Of a stretch of 64,000 nucleotides of DNA, positions 1 through 9,985 are shown piece after piece. Source of the DNA: an uncultured Planctomycetaceae bacterium (GTDB lineage: Bacteria > Planctomycetota > Phycisphaerae > SM23-33); NCBI GenBank assembly GCA_964385465.1, contig CAYLPJ010000004.1:93044-157043 (forward strand), given 5' to 3'. Below the pieces are notes generated by a model. The model did no database searches. It was not told where the DNA came from and was given only the letters and a program-made list of their open reading frames with translations. Each line of letters begins with the position of its first letter. The stretch's first letter is position 1. The position numbers were made by a program, and so were the translations under genes.

Positions 1-393
1 GTAATCCCGTCGCAGGCGGTCGTAGCGAGCCCTCGCGGCCGCGGGGCGGCCCTGCTTCTCGGCGCAGTAGCCCAGCCAGAACAGCGTCTCGCTGGCCCGG
101 CGGGTGTCGCCGGTGGCCTCCAGCCAAGGCAGGACGGTGCGGAACCGCTGCTCCGCGGCGGCGTGCCTGCCCTCGGCGACCAGCGCGATCCCCTCGTCGA
201 AGGCGTTGGCGTCCCGGGCGTTCAGTTCGATCAGCACGGCCGGGGGCTCGGCCGGCTTGCCCAGCAGCGACGACAACCAGCCGGTCCGCTGCGGCTGGGC
301 GGGCTCGTTCGAGCAGCCGCCCAGCGCGGCGCACGCGGCGGCCGCGGCGAGAAGCGCCCCCCCTGCCGCCCGGCAGGATCGCCTAGCTCGCAT
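1..393 (-). CDS. Partial lipoprotein with TPR-like C-terminal motif; gene runs off the window start, overlaps the anti-sigma stop by 11 nt
   Basis: Minus-strand ATG at 391-393 gives MRARRSCRAAGGALLAAAAACAALGGCSNE (lipobox LGGC), then a TPR-like stretch ...LFWLGYCAEKQGRPAAARARY. C-terminus lies beyond coordinate 1. Confidence 0.4.
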   Translation of the reverse strand, partial: MRARRSCRAAGGALLAAAAACAALGGCSNEPAQPQRTGWLSSLLGKPAEPPAVLIELNARDANAFDEGIALVAEGRHAAAEQRFRTVLPWLEATGDTRRASETLFWLGYCAEKQGRPAAARARYDRLRRDY

Positions 394-1471
394 CGTCGTC
401 TCCGGTGAGGATGAGCTTGGCCTCGAACAGCCAGGTCCGCACGGCCTCGCTCTCGTTGCCGGCGGTCAGGACGCTGTCGATCTGCCGGCCGAGCTCGCCC
501 TCTTCGACGAGGCGGTCGAAGGCCCGCTCGACGCCGGCGCGGTCGGGGTTGAGCAGGTCCAGGCGTGTGAGGATGACCTCGAGCCTGGCCAGCAGCTTGC
601 GGGTGTCGGCGCCGCGGGCGTCGTCGAGAAGCTCGTTGCAGCGTTCGACCATGCGGCGGACACGTGCGGCGGCCTTGCGGGCCTCCAGGCCGCGCTTGCC
701 CGGCGCGATCGACGTCAGGTACGTCCGCTGGAAGGCGTCGACGACCTGCTTGTGGCGGGCCTGAAGCAGCTCGACGCGCTGGGCGGCGTGACGCAGGCGG
801 GCGACGGCCTCCTCCCGCGCGCGGCGGGCGGCATCCAGCGCATCCCCCGAGGCGATCAGGCGGCGCTGGAGGTCGGCCGCGTTGGCCTCCAGCTTCGGCA
901 CGCGGGCGGCGACGGCGTCGGCGGCGGCCTTGGCCTCGCTCAGCTCCGCCAGGCGGTCGGACGCGGCCGAGAGCTTCTCGGCCAGCTTGCGGTTCTCGGC
1001 CTCGGCGGCCGTCGCCGATGCCAGGGCCTCGCCGAGCTCCGTGGCGTGGCGCGCGGTGGCGCGATCGAGCCTGCCCTCCAGCTCGGCCAGGCGGGCACCG
1101 AGGGCGTCCGTCGCCGCCAGCCGCTCGGTCGCCTCCGCCAGGCGCTGTCGCAGGTCCGCCGCCTCGGCTCGCAGGCCGGCCGGCTCCGGCGGCGCCGGCC
1201 GCGTGGGCGGCGCGGCGGCCGTCGGCGCGGGGACGCGTCCGGCCAGCCGGCGGGCATCCAGCCAGAGCCAACCGGCGGCAACCAGCATGGCGGCCGCGAC
1301 GGCCGCGGGCGCCCAGCGCAGCATCCCCGACACCGCCCGGCGGCGCGGCGGGGCGTGGAGCGCCTGCTCGGGCGGGGGCACGGGCGTCGTGCGGGCCGCC
1401 TCGTCGGCGCCCCATCGGCCGAGCATGGCCTCGAGGCGGTCGTCGGGGTTGTCCTGGCGGTTCTCGGTCAT
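383..1471 (-). CDS. Anti-sigma factor-like membrane protein (single TM, Ala-rich coiled-coil extracytoplasmic domain)
   Basis: Start MTENRQDNPDDRLEAMLGRW sits 60 nt downstream of the ECF sigma stop. One TM helix (AVAAAMLVAAGWLWL). Long coiled-coil-like A/E/R/L-rich domain. Operon position is typical for an anti-sigma. Confidence 0.55.
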   Translation of the reverse strand: MTENRQDNPDDRLEAMLGRWGADEAARTTPVPPPEQALHAPPRRRAVSGMLRWAPAAVAAAMLVAAGWLWLDARRLAGRVPAPTAAAPPTRPAPPEPAGLRAEAADLRQRLAEATERLAATDALGARLAELEGRLDRATARHATELGEALASATAAEAENRKLAEKLSAASDRLAELSEAKAAADAVAARVPKLEANAADLQRRLIASGDALDAARRAREEAVARLRHAAQRVELLQARHKQVVDAFQRTYLTSIAPGKRGLEARKAAARVRRMVERCNELLDDARGADTRKLLARLEVILTRLDLLNPDRAGVERAFDRLVEEGELGRQIDSVLTAGNESEAVRTWLFEAKLILTGDDDAS

Positions 1472-1530
1472 CGCTGGGCGTCCGTCCTGTTCAACGTTCT
1501 CTATCCCGCCCGGGGTCGTGCTGCGCAGGC

Positions 1531-2091
1531 TCAGGCCTCGATTCCCTTGCCGCCCAGGCACGCCCGCAGCCGGGCGCGAGCCTCGGCCAGCCGGCTGCGG
1601 GCGGTCGCCTCGGGCATCCCGGCGGCCGCGGCAACGCCGCGCGTCGTCCGCCCCTCGACGTACCGAAGGTGCACGACATGGCGGAGCTGCTCGGGCAGGC
1701 GGGCGATGCAGTCGCGGAGGGCGTCGGCCTCCTCTCGCGTCGCGGCCGAGGCGGCGGGGTCCTCGCCGCCGGTGAGGACGGCCTCGGCGAGATCGGGGTC
1801 GAAGTTCTCCGGCGCGGCTTGGCGGCCCCAGCGCTTGCGGGCGACGTTCCGGGCGATGGCACCCAGCCAGGCCCCGAAGGCCCCCCGGCCCGGGTCGAAC
1901 GTCGCCAGCGAGCGGAACGCGCGGAGGAACGTCTCCTGGAGCAGGTCGTCGGCGTCGGCGCGGGCGAAGCCGCTGCGGAGGAAGTACGCCGCCAGCCGCG
2001 GGGCGCAGGCGGCATACAGGGCCGCCCTGGCTCGCTCGTCGCCGGCCAGCGCCCGCTCGATCCGCTGGAGTTCCTGCTGAGGTCCGTCCAC
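1531..2091 (-). CDS. ECF-type RNA polymerase sigma-70 family factor (GTG start)
   Basis: 186 aa. Region-2-like LLQETFLRAFRSLATFDP and region-4 HTH LPEQLRHVVHLRYVEGRTTRGVAAAAGMPEATARSRLAEARARLR. GGGAG RBS about 8 nt upstream of the GTG. Confidence 0.85.
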   Translation of the reverse strand: MDGPQQELQRIERALAGDERARAALYAACAPRLAAYFLRSGFARADADDLLQETFLRAFRSLATFDPGRGAFGAWLGAIARNVARKRWGRQAAPENFDPDLAEAVLTGGEDPAASAATREEADALRDCIARLPEQLRHVVHLRYVEGRTTRGVAAAAGMPEATARSRLAEARARLRACLGGKGIEA

Positions 2092-2247
2092 GTCCTACGG
2101 CTCCCGTTGCCGGCATTCTTCCCGACCGCCCCCCCTCCGTCAACGTCCCGGGCGGTTTTCTGCGCAGCCGCGGGGCGAGGGCATACACACGGGCAGCCCG
2201 GCCGCGCGGCCGGGATTCTCGCCGCCGCCAAACGAAAGGACTTGCCG

Positions 2248-3018
2248 ATGAGACACCCGACCGCCGCCGCGCTGCTGCTGTCCGCCCTGGCCGCCGGGGG
2301 CTGTGCCAGCCACCACGCCCTGCGCCCGCCCGTGGCGGAGTGGGCCCGTGTCGGCCTCGCCGAGGACCCCAACCAGGCCCGGCGGATCGAGGAGGCGCTG
2401 ACCGATCGCGAGATCGCCACCATGCTCGACGCCGACGTGCGGGCCAGGCTGCCCGCGACCGTCGCCCTGGCCACCATCCGCAGCCACTGCCGCGGCTACC
2501 AGCCGTACCTGGCGCCCGTCGCGGGCGACGAGCTCGCCGCCTGGGAGCGTGCGGCCGAGGTCCGCGGCCTCCGGGGCGTCCAGCCGATCACGCGCGTGCT
2601 GCACCCGGCCGAAAAGCCCACGCTGGACTCGCTGCGACAGGCGGCCGCAAAGATGGGCTGCGAGCTGCTGCTCGTGACGCTGCGGGGGGACAGCAGCGTG
2701 GAAAACTTCAACGACGCCGCCGTGCTGTACTGGACCGTCCTGGGCCTGTGGCTGGTCCCCGGCAGCGAGATGGAGAGCCGCACGATCATCCAGGCCGCGC
2801 TGATCGACAGCCGCACGGGCATGGTGCTGGGCACGGCCACCGGCGACGCGCACGACAAGCGGGTGTACCCCGAGGCGTTCGCGGATCAGCGCCGCGCGGA
2901 GCTGTCGGCCGAGGTCCCCGCCGCCGCCGGCGCCGACCTCCGCACCGCCTGCCGCCGGCTCCTCCAGCGAGCCGTCGACGCGGCAGAAGCAAACCCCCGC
3001 GTGACGGCCGGACCGTGA
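2248..3018 (+). CDS. Lipoprotein of unknown function
   Basis: AAAGGA RBS at 2235-2240. MRHPTAAALLLSALAAGGCASHH signal with lipobox. 256 aa. The long upstream part of ORF 664..3018 is GC-driven read-through. Confidence 0.6.
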   Translation: MRHPTAAALLLSALAAGGCASHHALRPPVAEWARVGLAEDPNQARRIEEALTDREIATMLDADVRARLPATVALATIRSHCRGYQPYLAPVAGDELAAWERAAEVRGLRGVQPITRVLHPAEKPTLDSLRQAAAKMGCELLLVTLRGDSSVENFNDAAVLYWTVLGLWLVPGSEMESRTIIQAALIDSRTGMVLGTATGDAHDKRVYPEAFADQRRAELSAEVPAAAGADLRTACRRLLQRAVDAAEANPRVTAGP

Positions 3019-3118
3019 GACCGTCTTGCCGCGGGAGCTTCGCATCTGCGGGTGGGCTTGGCGCTCCGGGACGATCGAGCATTCCCCGCGGCCGCGAAGC
3101 TCCCGCGGTATCCCGGTC

Positions 3119-4195
3119 TCACCGGCTCCCGGCGAGCATCGCGCGGACGTTCTCCTCGGTGACCGGCTCGATGATGCCGCGGTCGGTGATCAGGGCGGTG
3201 ATCAGCTCGGCCGGGGTGACGTCGAAGGCCGGGGCGTAGGTTCGGGCGGCGTCGGGTGCGGTGCGGCGGCCGAAGCCGTCGGTGATCTCCTCGGCGCCGC
3301 GCTGCTCGATGGGGATGGCGTCGCCGTCGGGCAGGTCGAGGTCGAAGGTGCTGTAGGGCGCGGCGACGTAGAAGGGCACGCCGTGGTGGCGGGCGGCGAT
3401 CGCCAGCCCGTACGTGCCGATCTTGTTCGCCGCGTCGCCGTTGGCGGCGATCCGGTCGGCGCCGGTGATGACCATCCCCACGCGCTTCTCCCGCAGGACC
3501 TGGGCGGCCATGCTGTCGGTGATGACCACCGCGTCGATCCCCGCCCGCATCAGCTCCCAGGCCGTCAGGCGGCTGCCCTGGAGCAGCGGGCGCGTCTCGT
3601 CGCAGTAGGCGGTGAACGCGTGCCCCCCGGCGTGGGCGACGTACATCCCCGCCGTCGCCGTGCCGATGCCCGCCGTCGCCAGCGCGCCGGCGTTGCAGTG
3701 CGTCAGCACGCCCGAATGCCTGCGGATGATCTCCGCCGCGTGCCGGCCGATCGCCAGGCACAGCCGCTCGTCCTCGGCGTGGATCGCCCGCGCCTCGTCC
3801 AGCATGGCCGCGCGGACCCCCGGCGCCCCCCCGCCGGCGGCCCCGGCCCGGGCGAGCACGCGCCGGACCGCCCAGGCGAGGTTCACCGCCGTCGGGCGCG
3901 AGGCGTTGAGGTACTCGCCGGCCTCGCGGCAGGCGTCGAGGAACCCCTCGCCGTCGGGAACGTGCTCGGCGGCGACGACCATGCCGTACGCCGCCGCCAC
4001 GCCGATCGCCGGCGCGCCGCGGACGACCAGGCGGCGGACGGCGTCCCAGACGGCCCCGGCGTCGCGGCACTCGAGGAACACGGTCTCGTTGGGCAGGCGG
4101 GTCTGGTCGAGCAGGCGCAGGAACCCCGTGTCGGCGTCGCCGACCCACTCGATGACCTTCTCCGGCGGCTGAATCCGCGGTGCGTGTGTGTTCAT
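3119..4195 (-). CDS. mtnA: S-methyl-5-thioribose-1-phosphate isomerase (eIF-2B alpha/beta/delta family)
   Basis: 358 aa. Family motifs GAPAIGVAAAYG, SRPTAVNL, HCNAGALAT, CDETRPLLQG, GADRIAANGDAANKIGTYGLAIAARHHGVPFYVAAP. True start MNTHAPRIQ (ATG at 4193-4195); the 1634-aa ORF upstream is read-through. Confidence 0.8.
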   Translation of the reverse strand: MNTHAPRIQPPEKVIEWVGDADTGFLRLLDQTRLPNETVFLECRDAGAVWDAVRRLVVRGAPAIGVAAAYGMVVAAEHVPDGEGFLDACREAGEYLNASRPTAVNLAWAVRRVLARAGAAGGGAPGVRAAMLDEARAIHAEDERLCLAIGRHAAEIIRRHSGVLTHCNAGALATAGIGTATAGMYVAHAGGHAFTAYCDETRPLLQGSRLTAWELMRAGIDAVVITDSMAAQVLREKRVGMVITGADRIAANGDAANKIGTYGLAIAARHHGVPFYVAAPYSTFDLDLPDGDAIPIEQRGAEEITDGFGRRTAPDAARTYAPAFDVTPAELITALITDRGIIEPVTEENVRAMLAGSR

Positions 4196-4251
4196 GCGCG
4201 ACAGCGTACCGCAAGCCTTCCGGCCGGGCAAGCCGCCGGCGGCCGGCGGCG

Positions 4252-4566
4252 TCAGACCGACTGCATGAATTCCACGGGCGCGCCGTCGTGGAGGATGAAC
4301 GCCACGCGCAGGCCGTCCATCGGCTCGAAGGGCTCGACGAGGACGTGCCGGCCCTCGAGCTCCTTGGCGAGGTCGTCGACCATGAATGCCACGTGCGGCG
4401 TGGTCTTCAGCGCCTCCGGCAGCGGGCTGCCCGGCTCGAACCGCAGCCACTCGATCTTGTACGGGCACGCGTCGGCGTCGGTGACGTGCAGCTTGGCCGC
4501 CTCGAGGTACGCCTCGCCGTCGCGCTGGGTGTCCGTCGGGATCCCGATGTGATGAAATTCTCTCAC
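4252..4566 (-). CDS. Small VOC/glyoxalase-like protein
   Basis: 104 aa. HHIGIPT...IEWLRFEPGSP...HVAFMVDDL...VLVEPFEP...RVAFILHDGAPVEFMQ resembles a vicinal-oxygen-chelate fold. Confidence 0.45.
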   Translation of the reverse strand: MREFHHIGIPTDTQRDGEAYLEAAKLHVTDADACPYKIEWLRFEPGSPLPEALKTTPHVAFMVDDLAKELEGRHVLVEPFEPMDGLRVAFILHDGAPVEFMQSV

Positions 4567-4647
4567 GCTCTGCTCCTTCGGTTGGTTGGTTCTCGCGGAC
4601 CGGCAGGGCCGAACGCCAACGGCGCCGTGTCCCGCCCGGCGGATTTC

Positions 4648-7600
4648 TCAGTCGGCCTCGATGATCGTGCCCGTGCTGAAGGCGATCAACGCGGGGGTTG
4701 CCCGCTGCCCGTCGGGGCCGATGACCATCTCCAGGCTGGTGATCTCGACGTCCGGGCGGGGGTTGTTGACCTGCATGCTGTACAGCGCCGCACGCATCGT
4801 CCCGGTCTCCTTGCCCTTGGGGACCTCCAGCTTCGTCGTCCAGCCGATCCGCGCGCCGGGAAGCGGCTCGGGGTCGGCCTTGAGCCAGTGATCGATGTGC
4901 CGCTCCAGCACGACCGGCACCTCCGCCGTCTTGCCGTCGGCGTAATGCAGCACGTACTTCGCGACGGTCGGCAGCTCGAACGGCCGCTTGCGGGCCCGCA
5001 TGCGCTCCCGCTCGCGGTCGGTCACCGGGCGGTGAACCTCGGCGGAGTGCAGGAAGTACAGCAGGTCCGCCTTGTGCCCGACCTTGATGCCCGCGATCTT
5101 CCGCGGGGGGCGGGGCGTGACGTGCAGCCGCCCCCGCTCGGCGGCGACCATCAGGCAGTCCGGCGTCGGCGCGGTGGCGTAGTCGACGACGTGGTAGAGG
5201 ACGTCGGCGAACTCGTGCTTGCCGCGAGGCAGCGCCTGGAGGTCCTGGCCCTTTCGCCCGAACCACCCGGGCTTGCCCCCGCGGTCGTCGAGGTACGCCG
5301 TGCCGTACTCCTGGAGGTTCACCGTCTCGAAGCGGACGTTCACGCCGGGCACCCCGACGGCCGAGGCGGACTTGAACCCCACGCCCATGTTCTGGAGCAC
5401 CACGCCGAGGATGCGGACCTTCTGGTCGGTGTTGCTCTTGCGCGGCTCGTCGGCCATGAACTTGATCTGGTTCAGCAGCAGCCCGCCGGCGCCGCGGGGG
5501 AAGGCGACCAGCCCGCCGACCGAGTCGACGAACACCGCGCCCTCGGGTGCGGCCGGTCGGAGGAACTGGACGTTGTCGATGCCGATCAGGCGGGTATCCG
5601 GGCGGCTCCGGTTGACGATCACCCACCGGGTCGGCTGGATGGTGATGGTCTCGCGGACCTTGGCCGGCTCGGGCAGCTCGACGACGGTCGGGTCGGAGGG
5701 GGCGACCTTGACGGTGACGGCCTTGTCCTTGGCGCCGTCGAGGATCAGTTGGAACTCGGTCATCGCCCAGTAGTTCTCGTTGTTCCAGAGCTTGACGGTC
5801 TTGAGCGTATCGGGGCGGCGGAGTCGGAAGGTCTGTGCGGGTGCGACGTTGTCCTCGCCGATCCAGATCTGGCGGATGTACCGCCAGGACGCCTCGTTGG
5901 TGACGTTGTTGACGAAGTTGTACGGGTCGTGGTCGTCGAAGGTCGGCTCGTAGACGAACGGGTCGTTCGGCGCGCCGGGCGGCAGGGCGAACGGCGCGAA
6001 GTTCCGCCCGTCGATCACGTGGCTGAACGTGTTGCCGCTGACCCAGTACCGCCCGTGCATCAGCGGCCTGCTGGACCGCAGCGAGACGTCGCGGTTGCCC
6101 AGCGTCGCCGCCAGCGGGTAGGTGGGGTTCTCCATGGCCACCGCCTCGTAGCGGAAGGGGCGGAGCATGAAGTCGTCTCCGACGATGCGGTTGAACTCGT
6201 CGATGCCCTCGGGCCCGACGCCGCAGAGCACGATCCACCCGCCGGCGTCCTGGAAGGCGAGGGCCTGCTTCCTGGCCGCCAGCAGCGCCTCGAGGTGCCC
6301 GGCGTCGGCGGCGATCACCGCGGCGGCGTACTTCCCGGAATCCAGCGCGGCGGCCACGGAGCCCGCCCGCTCGAACAGCACGCCCGACTCGGCCAGCCGG
6401 TCGGCGAGGGGGTCGTCCTTCGCCGCGACCAGGGCCGCGACGCCGGCGGCCGGGGAGTAGGTCCCGCAGACGGCCAGCATGTTCCGCAGCAGCACGTCGG
6501 CGGCGGGATCGACGCCGAGCTTCTCGGCGACGCGGAGCTGGCAGAGGAGGATGAGCCCCTCGCCGCAGGGCACCTCGATCAGCGGGCTGAACTCCAGGGC
6601 CCCGCCGCACTCGGCGAGGCTCCGCCCGCCGCGGGAGGGCTTGCGGTAGACGTTGCGGCAGGTCGGCGCGTCGCCGGCCCAGTCGATCAGGTCCCGCTTG
6701 CCCAGGTCCGCCAGCAGCGGCGTGCCCAGCGCCTGCGGATGGGCGTAGCCGGCGAACCGCGTGGTCGGCTTGATCGGCGCCGGCAGGGCCGCCCCGGCCG
6801 GGGGATGAGCCTGCTCCAGGCAGATCACCCGCCCGCCGCGGACGGCGAAGCCCAGCAGCTCCGTGCCGAACGCCTCGGAGGGCGTCAGCGTGTCGTGGCC
6901 GATCACCAGCACGCCCTTCCTGCCCTTCAGCGCCGCCAGGTCGTCGACGGGCTCGAACGGCACGCCGCGGGCCTTGAGGTGCGCGGTGACGGCGCCCTTG
7001 CGGTCGAGCACGTAGACCGTCGCGGCCACGGGGACCTTCCCGCCGGTCGGCAGGACGGGGACGTCCATGGCGTCCTCGTACGACGCCCCGCCGGGCTGGC
7101 TGAGCTTGACCCTCAGCGTGCCCTCCAGCCGCTCGGGGGTCTTCGGCGCGCGGATCGCCAGCGTGTGCTCGGCGCCGAAGCCCGGCTCGATCTTCATGGC
7201 GACCTTCTCGGACGCCACCGCCTTGCCCCCGGCCTCGTAGGCCCACTCGAACGTCACCGGCTCGGCCGAGAGCGTGTCGTTCATCACCTTGACGAGCAGC
7301 TCGTTCTCCCGGCCGTCGAAGAGCCTCCAGGACTGCTTTCGGGGCACGACGTAGAGGTCGGAGAAGACCTTCCGGGTGGGCTCGTGGTCGGAGAGGTTGT
7401 CCCAGGGGAAGAACCCCGCCACGCCGGCCCACCGGTAGCCGCCGTAGACGGCGCGGAGGAACCGGGCCTTGCCCTCCTTGGCGTACCACGTGCCGCGGAA
7501 GACCTCGTCGCCCATGGCGTAGGCGCCGAGGCGAAGCTCGTTGGCGAAGAGGCTCTCGCCGACCACCCACGGCTTCTTCCGCGTCCAGGGCCAGCGCTGG

Positions 7601-9816
7601 ATCTTCTCGGAGTAGTGCTCGACCGTGTAGGCGTTCTCGGGGTAGTAGTCCAGCGCGGCGTTGGGGTAGTGCGGGTCGTTGATGGCAAGCCGGCCGCTGA
7701 GGTCGCCCCCGCCGCCGACGGTGTACGGGCGCGTGCCGTCGAACTCCTTGCCCGCGTCGCAGACCTCGTTCATCAGCTCCTCGACCTTGTCGAGGTACGC
7801 GCCGTAGATGTTCATCCCGTTGATGTAGACCAGCTCGTTCTCGGCCTGGTAGAAGATCACCGACGGGTGGTTCCGGTAGGCCTTGGCGACCTGGGCCATG
7901 TGCAGGCGGAAGCTCTCCCACAGACGATCGTTGGGGACCAGGATCGGCTTGCCGTCCTCGCCCTTCTCGTTCGTCCGCTCGCCGAGGTGGTAGCTGATGA
8001 ACATCCCGTCGATCATCGTGCACAGCCGCCCGGGGATGCCGTGGCGGTCGTAGTAGTCCAGCCGCTGCTCGCGCGTGGGCAGCTTCTGGCGGAGCTTCCG
8101 CCCGTGGCTGAAGCGCATGAACCGGCTGCCCTCATCGCGGAGCTGCTTCGCCCAGTCCTCGGCCTCCTCGATGAACCGCGGCTTGATGTCCACCCAGTTC
8201 CAGAAGTTCCTGCGGACGCCGTTGATGTAGATGCCCGTCCCGCGGACGGTCACCTCGCGGAAGCCGAAGGGCTCGTTCTGAATGTCCACCGTCTCGTCCC
8301 CGTCGCGGACGGTCGTCCGCAGCGTGTACATCGCCGGGTCCGGCTCGGGCCACCACAGCTTCGGGTCCTCCCAGCCGCCGGCGACGGTGACGGTCTCCCC
8401 CCCCCCCGCCGGGACCGTCACGTCCGCCGGGCCGAAGGCCCTGGCGACCTTCCCGCCGTCGTCGACGGCCTCGCAGAGCACGCTGAGCTTCCGCTCGGCG
8501 CCGCCGGGGTTGCGGACGGTCACGTCGGTCTCCAGGCGCTTCTTCTCCACCGACGGGCGGATGAACACGTCCTCGGTGTAGGCCGGGCCGACCGAGACGA
8601 ACGTGACCGGGTTGACAATGCCGTACTGGTAGCCGTCCCCGTCGCCCTTGGCCGACGGGTAGATCGGCGCGACCCAGCGGGTCCATCGCTTGCGGTCCAG
8701 CGGGCGGTTGCGGTGGTGGGCGATCCGCCCCTTGCCGCCCATGGCGTCGGCGTCCAGCGCGTAGTACGTGCCCTTGACCGCCACGGCGATCTCGTTGACC
8801 TCGCCCGGGCGGACGTGGCGGCTGATGTCCAGGTCCCACGGCACCCAGACGCCCTCGTGCGTGCCGGCCCGCTCGCCGTTGACGAACACGCTGACGATCC
8901 AGTTGGTCCCGGAGAAGTGCAGCTTGAAGCCCCGCCCCTTGTGGTCGGCGGGGACGTCCACCTTCGTGCGGTAGATCAGCCGATGGCCGAAGACCAGCGG
9001 CTCGACGGTCCAGGGGTTCAGGGGCACGTCCACGCCCATCCAGCGGAGCTCGTAGTCGCCCCGTTCAGGCAGCCTGTCCACGGGCTTGTAGGTGTCGGCG
9101 TCCATGTTCGGGTCGTCGTAGCGGGCGACCTGCCACAGCCCCGAAAGCTCCACCCGCCGGCGCGCGGCGCCCTCGGCGGCGGGCAGCTTGTAGACCTGTT
9201 TCGCCGCGGCCTTGTCCTTGGAACCGTCGTAGGTCTGCCCCGGGCGGAAGGGCCCCTCGGGGGTGAAGTGCCCGGGCATGAAGGCGAAGCAGTCCAGGGC
9301 CATGAGCATCCGGGGCTTCTTCGAGGCGTCCTTGGGGAAGTTGACCTCCAGCGTGGCCGCCCCCTTCTCCAGCTTGACGGTGCCCAGGCGGGTCCAGGAG
9401 ACCTCGCAGAAGAAGCCCACCTCCATGAGGTTGGTGGTGGGCATCGTGGCCGGGGCGGCCTGCCAGGGCCCGTCGTCGATCCGCCAGCGCATGTCCGCGC
9501 GGGCGCGGAACCAGCCGATGTGCGTCCACAGCGCGTACTCGCCGGGCCGCTTGACCGGCACGCGGTACTTCAGCGTCACGCCCTCGTCGGGGACCCCCTG
9601 CTTGACCTCGTCGCCGCTGGCGCCCTTCATCAGCCACAGCCCTCCCGAGAGCAGCTCCGGCTTGCCCATGTTCGAGTCGGTGAACTCGTCGTAGTTCCGG
9701 AAGGCGGGCGTCTCGGCCTCGATCCAGATGCCCGTCCGCGGCTCGGCGGCGGCGAACCCGCCGGCCAGCAGGAGGACCGTCCATGTCGTCATGCGATGAA
9801 GAGCTGTGCTTCGCAT
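4648..9816 (-). CDS. Giant secreted glycoside hydrolase family 2-like protein (~1722 aa) with long C-terminal extension
   Basis: Signal peptide MRSTALHRMTTWTVLLLAGGFAAAEP. GH2 N-terminal sugar-binding-like block (GHRLIYRTKVDVPADHKGRGFKLHFSGTNWIVSVFVNGERAG). TIM-barrel-like YQAENELVYING. About 900 aa of uncharacterised C-terminal domains. Paralog of 17022..22088. Confidence 0.7.
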   Translation of the reverse strand: MRSTALHRMTTWTVLLLAGGFAAAEPRTGIWIEAETPAFRNYDEFTDSNMGKPELLSGGLWLMKGASGDEVKQGVPDEGVTLKYRVPVKRPGEYALWTHIGWFRARADMRWRIDDGPWQAAPATMPTTNLMEVGFFCEVSWTRLGTVKLEKGAATLEVNFPKDASKKPRMLMALDCFAFMPGHFTPEGPFRPGQTYDGSKDKAAAKQVYKLPAAEGAARRRVELSGLWQVARYDDPNMDADTYKPVDRLPERGDYELRWMGVDVPLNPWTVEPLVFGHRLIYRTKVDVPADHKGRGFKLHFSGTNWIVSVFVNGERAGTHEGVWVPWDLDISRHVRPGEVNEIAVAVKGTYYALDADAMGGKGRIAHHRNRPLDRKRWTRWVAPIYPSAKGDGDGYQYGIVNPVTFVSVGPAYTEDVFIRPSVEKKRLETDVTVRNPGGAERKLSVLCEAVDDGGKVARAFGPADVTVPAGGGETVTVAGGWEDPKLWWPEPDPAMYTLRTTVRDGDETVDIQNEPFGFREVTVRGTGIYINGVRRNFWNWVDIKPRFIEEAEDWAKQLRDEGSRFMRFSHGRKLRQKLPTREQRLDYYDRHGIPGRLCTMIDGMFISYHLGERTNEKGEDGKPILVPNDRLWESFRLHMAQVAKAYRNHPSVIFYQAENELVYINGMNIYGAYLDKVEELMNEVCDAGKEFDGTRPYTVGGGGDLSGRLAINDPHYPNAALDYYPENAYTVEHYSEKIQRWPWTRKKPWVVGESLFANELRLGAYAMGDEVFRGTWYAKEGKARFLRAVYGGYRWAGVAGFFPWDNLSDHEPTRKVFSDLYVVPRKQSWRLFDGRENELLVKVMNDTLSAEPVTFEWAYEAGGKAVASEKVAMKIEPGFGAEHTLAIRAPKTPERLEGTLRVKLSQPGGASYEDAMDVPVLPTGGKVPVAATVYVLDRKGAVTAHLKARGVPFEPVDDLAALKGRKGVLVIGHDTLTPSEAFGTELLGFAVRGGRVICLEQAHPPAGAALPAPIKPTTRFAGYAHPQALGTPLLADLGKRDLIDWAGDAPTCRNVYRKPSRGGRSLAECGGALEFSPLIEVPCGEGLILLCQLRVAEKLGVDPAADVLLRNMLAVCGTYSPAAGVAALVAAKDDPLADRLAESGVLFERAGSVAAALDSGKYAAAVIAADAGHLEALLAARKQALAFQDAGGWIVLCGVGPEGIDEFNRIVGDDFMLRPFRYEAVAMENPTYPLAATLGNRDVSLRSSRPLMHGRYWVSGNTFSHVIDGRNFAPFALPPGAPNDPFVYEPTFDDHDPYNFVNNVTNEASWRYIRQIWIGEDNVAPAQTFRLRRPDTLKTVKLWNNENYWAMTEFQLILDGAKDKAVTVKVAPSDPTVVELPEPAKVRETITIQPTRWVIVNRSRPDTRLIGIDNVQFLRPAAPEGAVFVDSVGGLVAFPRGAGGLLLNQIKFMADEPRKSNTDQKVRILGVVLQNMGVGFKSASAVGVPGVNVRFETVNLQEYGTAYLDDRGGKPGWFGRKGQDLQALPRGKHEFADVLYHVVDYATAPTPDCLMVAAERGRLHVTPRPPRKIAGIKVGHKADLLYFLHSAEVHRPVTDRERERMRARKRPFELPTVAKYVLHYADGKTAEVPVVLERHIDHWLKADPEPLPGARIGWTTKLEVPKGKETGTMRAALYSMQVNNPRPDVEITSLEMVIGPDGQRATPALIAFSTGTIIEAD

Positions 9817-9985
9817 CGTCGGCTTCCTTTCGTTCGGTGTCGTCCGGCCCGTGATTGTGCGCGATGGCAGCCCCCTCTGCAACGTATGCCCCCCGAGCCG
9901 CCGGCCGCGACCCCTCGTGCTCGGACCGCCGCCCCGGATACAATGATCGCCGTGCCGACAGGTTCCGCGCTCCCGGAGGTGCCGC

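Noticed and set aside
104-3018. Long plus ORFs 104..2080 and the N-terminal 530 aa of 664..3018 across the sigma/anti-sigma region
   Set aside because: The minus strand encodes a textbook ECF sigma. The plus frames are Ala/Arg/Pro-rich junk. Only the last 256 codons of 664..3018, from the lipobox start at 2248, look real.
3119-8023. 1634-aa minus ORF containing mtnA as its C-terminus
   Set aside because: Similarity to MtnA/eIF-2B begins exactly at the MNTHAPRIQ methionine (4195). Upstream sequence is antisense to the GH2-like gene and compositionally aberrant.
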